Below, in pieces: positions 1 to 10,169 of a stretch of 50,610 nucleotides of DNA; positions within the stretch are counted from its first letter, which is position 1; every line of letters begins with the position of its first letter. The notes under the pieces are model-generated. The model saw only the letters and a program-made list of their open reading frames with translations, ran no database searches and was not told where the DNA came from. Origin of the DNA: Octopus bimaculoides (taxonomy: Eukaryota); NCBI RefSeq assembly GCF_001194135.2, contig NC_068994.1, forward strand, positions 5,055,649-5,106,258. Reading direction: 5' to 3'. The translations under genes and the position numbers were made by a program.

Positions 1-340
1 GGACTCGCGGTTTCGATTCCCAGCCCGGGCGTTGTGAGTGTTTATTGAGCGAAAACACCTAAAAGCTCCACGAGGCTCCGGCAGGAGATGGTGACGAATC
101 CTGCTGTACTCTTTCACCACAACTTTCTCTCACTCTTACTTCCTGTTTCTGTTGTGCCTGTATTTCAAAGAGCCAGCCTTGTCACACTGTGTCACGCTGA
201 ATCTCCCCCGAGAACTACGTTAAGGGTACATGTGTCTGTGGAGTGCTCAGCCACTTGCACGTTAATTTCACGAGCAGGCTGTTCTGTTGATCGGATCAAC
301 TGGAACCCTCGTCGTCGTAAGCGACGGAGTGCCAACAACA
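1..340 (+). mobile_element. SINE-like interspersed repeat (tRNA-like head truncated by window edge)
   Basis: Starts with B-box-like GGTTTCGATTCC, has a GC-richer body and ends in an (AAC/GAT)n tail. Resembles octopus SINE families as I recall them. Confidence 0.5.
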
Positions 341-1035
341 TCGATGACAGAGGATGATGAGGATGACAACGATGAAAACTATCATTTCTAACACTGGTTG
401 AGTGTAGAATCAGTCAAACATATCTTAGTATTGATTGGCACTCTGTTTTCTCAATCTCCAAGAAAGGAAGAGAGGCAAAATTAGAACCCACGAGTGTATA
501 CGCGCGCTTGCACACACACACACCTTACGCGTGCGCGCACACACATTTTAATTCAAGCGAGGTAACTTTGATAGACTAGTTATTTCACATACATTTAGTT
601 ACAAATTATCTCTCTTTACATAATTGGCAAGCGAAGTTTCTTTTACTGAGAGATAGTCAAATCTCGTTCAAATTACGTTTTACAGTCTTAAAAAAGGAAA
701 GATTTATTGAATAATGTAGCTCGTAATTATAGCTAAAATGCAGCAACTACACTAATACTAGATGATGCAGCCCCAGATCGATTATGAATAAAATAATGAC
801 CTATTAAGCATAACTTTTCTCCATTTGATCATATGCTGTGTCAGAATTGACATGGGGATAAACAACAACAACAGTTGCTGCAACAACCATAACTATGTTT
901 TGATTTGGTAAGAGGGTAGATACATTGTTGGACTTATAGCTCATGAATTATGGTTCATGTCTCCTTAAATTACTTAACTGAGTCTGAACTGGTCATTTGA
1001 TCGTACCCAGTTCAATGAGCCACGATAAATACAAA

Positions 1036-1037
1036 CA

Positions 1038-1086
<49 letters not shown>

Positions 1087-1390
1087 TGTATATATAATTA
1101 TGTGTGTATATATATATGTGTGTATATATGTATACATACATACATACATACATACATACATACATACATANNNNNNNNNNNNNNNNNNNNNNNNNNNNNN
1201 NNNNNNNNNNNNNNNNNNNNNNNNNNNNNNNNNNNNNNNNNNNNNNNNNNNNNNNNNNNNNNNNNNNNNNNNNNNNNNNNNNNNNNNNNNNNNNNNNNNN
1301 NNNNNNNNNNNNNNNNNNNNNNNNNNNNNNNNNNNNNNNNNNNNNNNNNNNNNNNNNNNNNNNNNNNNNATACATATATATATATATATG
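1036..1390. repeat. (CT)n/(TA)n/(TACA)n microsatellite cluster spanning a 199-N gap
   Basis: Directly visible; Ns at 1171-1369. Confidence 0.95.
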
Positions 1391-1689
1391 TAAATGATAG
1401 GATTGCTTCAGTATTTCAGGGGTAGTCTGAAGTATCTAAGCAACCAGAGGATAGTTAAATCCGAAGGCACTCCTGGAAATTACTTGTGTGGGTACCGTCT
1501 TCGTTAGAAGGTATCCAGAGGCAGGTAATTTATTGTTTAAACCGCAGATAGATATATATACACACATATATGGTGGCGAGCTGGCAGAAACGTTAGCATA
1601 GCGAGCTGGAAAGCCTTCGATCAAAGGTCTTCTAGCAGTGAACTTCATGGCTGACGTAAGTTTAAACAACAATCCTGCTACAAGATGGC

Positions 1690-2460
1690 CTTTGCAAGTC
1701 CCCCAAGACCAGTGAGACTGATGCTGTTAATGTTCCACATAAACTGTTGCAAAAAGATATGAGCAAGGAATGGCGTTTTTTTATGTCTACTGTTCTGAGA
1801 ATGTACTGGTTAGTGCAGGGTCTATGGGACAGGACACAACCTGAGTGAATAATCCCCAAGACCAGCAGAGGCCAATGTAGTAATAATGAAAATGCACATG
1901 GACAAGAGCCTCAAGTGTATCTGTATGTGAATTGTGAAGAATACCTTCAAGTATTTGCACAACCCTCAAGCTCTCACGCCTCACAAACAGAGAATCACTC
2001 TTTGTGGTCGTTCACCAGAAAGGTCCCCACCAACTTTGTAGAATCTCTTTACCTCAACTTCTCATCTGTGATAGTTCTGTAAGCAGTACTCACACACAGA
2101 AAGCCACCACCTTCACTGGCTGCTTTGCATTCAACTCCCCAACTAGGTTCGTCTCCATGAATGCTATGCTCTTCCACTTCACTATGATCGTCACGATGCA
2201 TACACACCTACTGAGTTCAAAAGTACCTTTGGTCACTTTAAAACAAGGCCACAAGTTTGACAACGTGCCTTTCATTACCCTTTGACAATGCACCTCAGAA
2301 CTAGACTGTGCTCATCAAATTTATTATTTTCTCCCTCTCTATGTTGCATTCCTGTGAAGAGTAATTCCTTTAATCCTGCCAGCTATTGTTCCATTGCACT
2401 CACTTCCAATGTCTCAAAGGTACTGGACACAATTATTTTACAGATTTTACAGGCTCTACA
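1690..2460 (+). mobile_element. Decayed APE-type LINE fragment (endonuclease to RT start)
   Basis: IPVKSNSFNPASYCSIALTSNVSKVLDTII (ORF 2282-2470) matches the LINE RT motif IPK....P.NYRPIALTS..SKVLE.II. An NVPHK (NVHH-like) endonuclease remnant lies near 1730. Many stops. Confidence 0.55.
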
Positions 2461-4332
2461 ACCGTTTTAACCCCCAAAATATAATCTATTCATAATTTCT
2501 GAGGTTACTAAAGATGAAGAAGCTGGTTATGCCTTGTGTTGTTTTATAAAGTTGAAATTATTTCATCCAAGAATTGATGAATAATTTTTGCTCTCTGGCT
2601 GGTTACGTAAACTGATATTTTGTGGTAAGCTCCATAATTCAGAAACTGGAAAATTACTACATCATACAGTGCATATACTATAGAATACACAAACGAAACC
2701 ATTTTTTATAGATTCCACACTCAATACAGACAATTTTGTAATGTTGCATCGTCTTTGCAAGTAAAACTTGGTCACCATTGTTGGTGTTGCTGAAGTTTGA
2801 AACCATTGTTTAGACAATCTAGAAAGCATTTTTCACAAGAGTATTGAACTTCTACCATTGTCTAAAAGCACTAAGGTTGTATGCAAGAAACTTTGAAGAA
2901 AAGAAAACCAAGTTAAGAATTATGTCGGACATATGAGATCAAATTTGATTTGAATAAAAACAAATATATGCATAAATTATCAAAAATAATATATTTACTA
3001 CACAAAAATGAGTTTTTTTTCTTATTGTTTAGACAGGAAGAGAAATTGATACATTATTGACTTTTGAAAGAAGAAAATTGATCGGCTGGGGGGGTTATCC
3101 ATGCATGCATGGAAGATGGACGTTAAACGATGATGAGGATGACAAATGCAAAAAGCTGAAATAAATACCATAGGGTATTTTATTTGATGTACTAATGATA
3201 AAATAGTATCACAACTATTTTTATTTAAGTAAAGAAAAAAGAAAATTGATCAAGAACCCCTCCAACAGGTTCACATCAAAAGTACCACAGCTTATTGAAA
3301 GTTATCATTCAGGAAAGGATTATGAATTAAAATTAAATTGTAGATGACATGTTTAATAATTAATCAATAATAGATAGCATTATAAAGTAACAAATTTTTA
3401 GAAATTATCAGTAATTATAATAAATAAAATACAAACAAAATACACACTTATTATGCAGATAGGGGGCGAGGTATAGTGAATAATTTCTGATTTCTTATTT
3501 TTTCCCAGCCTTTTTGAAACCATTACATTTCAAGTATTGCAACATCATTTTATAATGTTGCACCATCTTTGGGAGTAAAGATTCGTTAGCATTATTGGTG
3601 TTGCTGAAGTTTAAGAGAATTTGAAACATAATCAGGTGACAAGTAATTTTCTTTCCAAAACAAGTCTCCTCAAATTTGACGTGATTGGAATGGAGGTCGT
3701 TAATATAATATCTTGTTAATTTTTGGTGTTTATCAATCAATATTCTTTTCTCTGTTGGATTTTGAGTCAATTCCCCATCCTCGCCATCTCTAATTTGATC
3801 ATTTTAAATTTTGAAAAAAAAAAATTTTTTTTAAATAAAAAATAACTGGGGCAAAATGAGTAACTATTAATTTCAATAACTTCTTATTCACTTGACCTAA
3901 AAATCTTAAATTTTTGTGGTATTTTTGATGTCTAAGGAGGGATATTGATGTGTATGAGTCTTTTTTCAAATGTAATTCTGGAGAATGTTATGGTGTTTTT
4001 AATGCTTTAAAGAAAGTCATTTACTTAGCTGATATGTTTTTTTTTTGTAAGGTTGTGAACATATGAAAATATTTTTTCTCAAAATCAAATATGCAGTAAA
4101 TATTATTCATTGTGCCCCACCCACGATTCTGTTTGGAATAATATCAAAGCTAATCGAACAATTTTAATGAAACAAATTTAGGGATTAAGCCTCATACAGG
4201 CTTAAGAACAGAATGAAATCAAAGAGGATCAAAATATATAACGATGAAGCGACGTGAAGAAAATCTCTCAATTATCAAGAGTTTCTCTAAGATGATATAA
4301 GCACAAGACCATCAGAGTTTCGCATTAGATTT

Positions 4333-5016
4333 CTAAGAAGCACCCGTCGTTGAACGAGCCGCCTTTTCTCGGTGAACTATAGCAATAGTATTCTTCAGTT
4401 TAGTCCAGTTTACAATCTCTGGAAATTCTCTGAGCGCTTTCAAAAGTTTTACTATTGCACCAGGTGAAAATTCTTGTGTTCGTCTCCAGGTATTAAATGC
4501 TTTGAACTTCTGTATGAACTCATTATGAGTATCCTTAGCGTCAGTAATTTTCACGAAATCAAGACCTAATTCGATAACCACAGCTTCCCAACCACTAGCC
4601 ACATGCATTAAGACACGACCAAGCATTTTCTCGTCCAGTTCTAAATCTTTAGTACTATCAATAATGGCATCCACTTCTGGATCTACCAATGGTGAATTGT
4701 CAGTTTCTTCCACGAGTGTCACCAAATAATCTAAACCGTTGTTTCTCAGACAGTTCAAAAATTCTTCAAATATTCTAGAAATATTACTTCTGTCTTCATG
4801 TTTCATTTTTTCAAGAAGGAAATTGAGAAAACATCGATTTTTTCTTTCTATAATTGGCTTTGCTTGAACAGTATGCATTTCCTCCGGACTGTAGATTGAA
4901 CTTTCAAAAAAATGATCAAGTATTATTCCGATAAGTACTTCATCAATGTCTTCCACGAGTTTTTTATAAGTTCGTTGAATTTTATTCCCATTAAAAACCT
5001 GTTGAGTGTCAGCCAT
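4333..5016 (-). CDS. Intronless CARD-death domain protein, 227 aa (RAIDD/CRADD-like adaptor), pair A left gene
   Basis: Uninterrupted ATG-to-TAG ORF. N-terminal CARD pattern (YKKLVEDIDEVLIGIILDHF..SSIYSPEE..FEEFLNCLRNNG). C-terminal DD pattern (LDEKMLGRVLMHVASGWEAVVIELGL..KAFNTWRR..KLLKAL). Collinear, indel-free paralogue at 26794-27477. Confidence 0.85.
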   Translation of the reverse strand: MADTQQVFNGNKIQRTYKKLVEDIDEVLIGIILDHFFESSIYSPEEMHTVQAKPIIERKNRCFLNFLLEKMKHEDRSNISRIFEEFLNCLRNNGLDYLVTLVEETDNSPLVDPEVDAIIDSTKDLELDEKMLGRVLMHVASGWEAVVIELGLDFVKITDAKDTHNEFIQKFKAFNTWRRTQEFSPGAIVKLLKALREFPEIVNWTKLKNTIAIVHREKAARSTTGAS

Positions 5017-6393
5017 TTTCTACCGGAACTGAGAGTGATCTCCCTTGAATTTATGTCAGTTACAAACATTCGAGCACTTCTCATGCAACACTTCCTGAAA
5101 CTCCCATCAAGAATACCGTGCGTTATATATCTCCAGTAGGCGATGTTTAAGAATGACTCGCGGGAAAGTGGAAGGGTTTTCTTTTCTGTTCTCATAGGGC
5201 ATGTGACTATTCCGAAAATCCTGTTATAAACTGAATTCACCCGTTTCTCTTTCTAACACCACTCCTACCCTCTCTCTCACCTACAAATTCCCGCTCTTTG
5301 CTTTCTTCTCTCTATCTTTCCTTACAACTGTAACATTTTCTGTCCGCATTTTGCCTGCAGCTACCAAGAGCCACATCTTCTCAGTGACTAAAGGAATGTA
5401 AACGTTACGGATATCGCCTCTTCTCTCCGGACTAAATAACTAGCAAGATTAGTGGNNNNNNNNNNGGGCAGGGAATAAGGATATTTAGGGTAGAGCAACC
5501 AAAACAACTGTATTTAGTGTACAAGAACAAAATTCCACCTGGTAGATTAAATCATCGAGGGGAAAATATGTTGGTTAAGTGGGGTTTTTGTTGCAACTAG
5601 AAAGCGATTAGAAAATATTAACTTCTTCATATTGAACAAAAGGGATGTACTCTTTCCGGTGTGTCTGTGCTTTGTTTATATAAAGCAGAATGTTGGATTG
5701 GCGCCAGCGTTAGAGCATCGGATATGTTATGCAGTATTTCTTCTGGTTCTCTTCAATCTGTGTTAAATCTCGTAAATATAAACCTTGGCTTTCATCTCTC
5801 CAGAGGCGATGAAATAAAGTATCTGTCAAGTACTTGGTTCCGTATAAGCGACTCCCCGCCCAGTTTTCAGATAGCGTGCATATATTATGTTATATAATTG
5901 CATATAACTGAATGTTACAGTGAATTCATACCTTATCTATTTTACGGATTTAATAAAAATTAATATTTTAATAATATTTATTTAGGAACACAAAGGTTTG
6001 AAAAAAAATCGTTGTTAAAGAGAAGAAAAGGGTAATTTAGTTTGTACTTTAGAAATTCACTCTGAAATTGAAAGTTTTAACTTCTCTAAAATCGATTAAA
6101 CTGAATGTCGGAATGCATGTACATAATTATGTTTATTTGAATTAACTTTAATACACGTTTATACTTTTGGGTTGACGACACTTCTTGCGTTATAACACCG
6201 AGCTGAGCACAAGTTATAAGATACGGAAATGAAAGTTATACGCGAAAGCGACCCACATAACAGCACTTTTGAGCGTCACCACATTCAATGTGCATGCGCA
6301 GAAGTAGCTGTGTAAAGAGGTTCAACGGCAAAGTTTTTCCAAGCCTTTTTAGTGTACCCACGTAGAACACTGTGTAATCTTACTCAGAGCACG
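5017..6393. promoter_or_regulatory. Divergent (bidirectional) promoter region of CARD-DD pair A
   Basis: 1.38 kb between two divergent ATGs, with non-coding blocks conserved at 27478-28383 and 19260-20300. Contains GTTTCTCTTTC (5243-5253), GGAAATGAAAGT (6225-6236) and TGTGCATGCGCA (6289-6300). 10-N gap at 5456-5465. Confidence 0.6.
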
Positions 6394-7050
6394 ATGGCTA
6401 ACAAACAGCAATTCAGGAACTCAATTAAAATTCAGCAATGTCGTGAGGATCTTGTGAAGGGGCTTGATGATGTGACAATACAAAACATACTTGATCGTTT
6501 TTTATGTAAATTTTTTATCACGTCCGAGGATAAGAATATAATTGAAGCAGAAAAAACTGAACAAAGCAAAGCTCGGAAATTACTAGACCTTATTCAGCGC
6601 AAAGTGGAAAGCCAGGATAAAGTGAAAAAGTCAGATTTATTTGATGAATTCGTGGAACTTTTAGAAATTCACGACGAAGGTTTAGCATCAACAGTGGCAA
6701 AAGCTGATGACAGTGTGCCGAATGACAAACGTCAGATAGATTATATTCTTGAAAATATTGAAGGTATGGATTTGGATGAGAGAATGTTAAATCGTATTTT
6801 GATGTACATGGGCCCTGGATGGGAATCTGTTGCTGCCGAATTAGGTATCAACAGCATAAAAATTGCTATTGCTAAGGAAAACAACCCATATAATTCACGA
6901 AACCAGATGTTTGAAGTATTTAATTTCTGGAGACAAAGAGAAGCCCTTGGACGTGGTGGATTAAGAAAATTTATAAAAGCTATCGATAGCTGTTCTGTTC
7001 ATTGCAATATAGACATGAAAAAAATACTTGAATGTATTGAGGGCCCTTAA
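6394..7050 (+). CDS. Intronless CARD-death domain protein, 218 aa (RAIDD/CRADD-like adaptor), pair A right gene
   Basis: ATG at 6394 (the ORF track starts at an upstream GTG). CARD: IQQCREDLVKGLDD..ILDRF..ITSEDKNIIEAEKTEQSKARKLLDLI. The DD LNRILMYMGPGWESVAAELGI..KENNPYN..QMFEVFNFWRQR closely parallels vertebrate RAIDD DD ([40 protein letters not shown], recalled). Confidence 0.88.
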   Translation: MANKQQFRNSIKIQQCREDLVKGLDDVTIQNILDRFLCKFFITSEDKNIIEAEKTEQSKARKLLDLIQRKVESQDKVKKSDLFDEFVELLEIHDEGLASTVAKADDSVPNDKRQIDYILENIEGMDLDERMLNRILMYMGPGWESVAAELGINSIKIAIAKENNPYNSRNQMFEVFNFWRQREALGRGGLRKFIKAIDSCSVHCNIDMKKILECIEGP

Positions 7051-7562
7051 AAAGAAAAGAGGGAACAATAACGCACAGTTTTGAGACAGTGTTGTATTTA
7101 TATCAACAAAATGCAGTTTCTCCGATACACTTTTTGATATGGACATAAAGAATCGACACGACAAAAATGAAATTATCCTTCAGTAAACGGCATAATTCTT
7201 ACGTTGTGGACTGATAGATATTATATTTCAATTATTGAATACTTTTCATCGGACAGATTACTTTCGACTTTCACTATGGAAACTTGCCGGCTTAAAGTAA
7301 CATCATATCAAACGCGGAAGTATGTGATACTTTCCTTCATTATTTTAAGTGTCGACTACAATTCTTCACCTTTTGATATTTATACAAATTTTTCTATGAT
7401 AAACATATTTTTTTTGTTTTAGTTACGGATAATATCAATCGCTATAATTTCATTTAATTATATATATATACACACACACATATATGTGGCGGAGGTAAAG
7501 AATACACACACCACCCGTTTTCGGCGTAACCCTAATCCTAAACACCGGGTGTACGTAATCTT

Positions 7563-7607
<45 letters not shown>

Positions 7608-8569
7608 GGAGATGTACTTGCATAGCAAGTGACCTGATCTGAGATCCTGTGCTGAAACAAAAACAATTGCAGCGTGGAAGGTATTTGTAAGCCATTTAAA
7701 AACACAAAAACACTTCAAAATTTAAATTCAATTTGCCAAAATATTTTTGTCGCTTTGGGACTGCGACCTGATCACTGACAAAATTCTGTGCTGCAACAAG
7801 CCATAAATGTATGAGAAATGAAGATTCTTATTTGTCGGTGACCCTCTAAGAAAACAATGAGCTTCAACGTAATGATATATTTTGGAAATTTTGTATTGTT
7901 AATAATAAACTTGCTGAAATGGTAAGTGAATGTAATTGGATGAATCTTAATTTTCAAACACAAAATTAATGATGGATTACTTTGTGTGTTTGCAGTGTAT
8001 GATAACGGTAGAAAGGCGTGTTAATTGATATATATGATATATATTAATGATAAGGTGGTTCTGCAACATTAAAACCAACCTTTCAGTAATGAATTTACTT
8101 TAGGATACAAACATGTATATATGATGGATCTAACTGTACTGGCATGGCTACAGAATGCCCCCTCTCGATTTTGTTTCTCCCTATACCTTTCTTATGCACG
8201 TCCTTAATGGTATTTTCTAGAAATACATTTTCACTAGTGTAGATTGCGAATAAATTTATCATTTAAAAAAATATCAAGATCATTGTAATTTATAACGTTT
8301 CTCTTGAAAATTTCGTTAAACGTATGATTTTAACAAAGTTCGGTGGGAAGCGGAAATGACACTCCCAAGAAAACGAAACAAGCATGTTTTTCATCTGCCA
8401 TTTAGCCAATTGTAATGTTCACCATCTGAAAAATTTCATTAAAGAATGCATTTTAAAGAAACTTAGGGGAAACAAAGATGATTGTAGTTACGCCGGCTAT
8501 ACTTAATTATCAGTATGGTAGGGTTAATCATTTTCGTGGTTTAATCACCTTTATTTTAGGAACCGTGTA

Positions 8570-8750
8570 AGGCAGCGAGCGAAATGCTTAGCGGTATTTC
8601 GTCTGAGTTCAAATTCCGCCGAGGTCGACATTGCCTTTCAACCTTTCGGGGTCGATAAATTAAGTACCAGTTACGCACTGGGGTCGATATAATCGACTCA
8701 CTCCACCCCGCCCAAATTTCAGGCTTTGTTCCTATAGCAGAAAGGATTAT
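8570..8750 (+). mobile_element. SINE of a family repeated in this window
   Basis: GAAATGCTTAGC..TGAGTTCAAATTCCGCCGAGGTCGAC..GGGGTCGAT..AAAGGATTAT. Related copies at about 11405-11605, 31880-32110, 32120-32335 and inverted at about 40900-41110. Confidence 0.7.
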
Positions 8751-9140
8751 AGGAACCGTGTATTAGACAACCCGGTAATGGATCAAAAGGCTATTAAAAA
8801 GAATTTGCGAAAGTTAGGGTAAATGAATGCTGTCCCGCATAGATGAGTACCTGAATATACACACTAGCTTAGCATTTCCACGATATATTTTGATATATTT
8901 GTAAAGGATAGCTCAAAGTGATATATTTCATATCCATCTCATACAGCCTTAAAAAAAAAAAAAATTCCGTTGTCATACATTCTATAGCCAAAAGTCTTTT
9001 AATAACACTAACTGAGGATTGTTTCTGTTTTCAATTCTCTTTCGATATTTCTATTTCAGAATCTGGTTTAATTCACATTTTTTTTTACACTTATTGCACT
9101 TTTTTTTGTTTGTTTTGGTGGTCGGGTGTTGAAGTAAACA

Positions 9141-9365
9141 TATGGGGTAATAGTTAAGAGCGCGGCTACTAACCCCAAGATTCTGAGTTCGATTCCAGGC
9201 AGTGATCTGAATAATAATGATAATAATAACAACATCGAAAAATACCTTAGGAATGAGAACCCAGGTTCAAAATTTCTCCAAGACACCTGATGAAGGCTAG
9301 AGGGTTATATCAGCCGAAACTTTTTGTTAACAACAAACAAGATGAGGACAAATATCCGCCAAGTG
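9141..9365 (+). mobile_element. tRNA-headed SINE with a hammerhead-core-like 3' part
   Basis: A/B-box-like head (..GAGTTCGATTCC). The 3' part has CTGATGA (9287) .. GGCT/AGCC stem .. GAAAC (9316). Confidence 0.55.
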
Positions 9366-10010
9366 TAAATAATATAACCCTTTATCGTTCTATTGTAATT
9401 GATTTTTGGGGATTAAGACACTGGTTCTCAAACTGATAACTCCACTGATCAACAAATCGATTTTGGTTTCAGCATTGTAATTGGACAAGTTTAATAATGT
9501 GAAACTATCTAAATTATATTAAACTTGACAATCTGTCCGCCATTCTCTCGAGAAACATTTTATTGAAAGGCATTCGTGGTACGGCTTGGAATGTTGCAAT
9601 TCGTTATTGAAATGTGAAAAAGCTGCGGAGACCACTTTAATTTCTGGTAATAACATCGCTTGGAACTGGGAATAAAATTCAGTAATGTTGACGGGACGTA
9701 TATACAAAGAGGAACAACTGTTTCAGCAGAGTTATATTCTTTAACTTATTTATGGACATAAAAAACTAATAAACTGAATAGACATATCTGTTCTGTCAGA
9801 ATAGATCATTTCATTACCATTCCTTTACCGACAATTTTAATGAACACATAATTAGCAAATATAATTATCATTCAATGTCCACTTTTCCATACTTGCATGA
9901 GTTGAATGGTGTTTATTCAAGGCAAATTTCTGATAGCTAGATGTCTTCCCTGTACCTAACTCTTACCTGTTTCCAAGCAAGGTAACATCTCCTTATGGCT
10001 AGAATTGTTC

Positions 10011-10114
10011 TCACTGAATATTGGAAGGTAATATTTCCTTATTTTGCAGAATATTGGAAATATTTGGGACTGTAAAGTCAATTATCTGGCACTTTCTATT
10101 CTCTTTATCTTCTG

Positions 10115-10169
<55 letters not shown>

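Noticed and set aside
974-1425. ORFs of 97-142 aa
   Set aside because: Made of microsatellite and N-gap codons.
6352-6393. GTG-initiated 14-aa N-terminal extension of the right genes (also 28342)
   Set aside because: Eukaryotic context. The ATG at 6394/28384 has a good Kozak context (ACGATGG) and lines up with the left genes' MAD start.
8369-8379. Perfect ISRE-like GAAAACGAAAC downstream of pair A
   Set aside because: No counterpart seen downstream of pair B, and expected by chance in AT-rich DNA.
9141-9205. tRNA gene (also 46452-46530 and 1-30)
   Set aside because: A/B-box-like head without a convincing cloverleaf, continuing into a SINE body.
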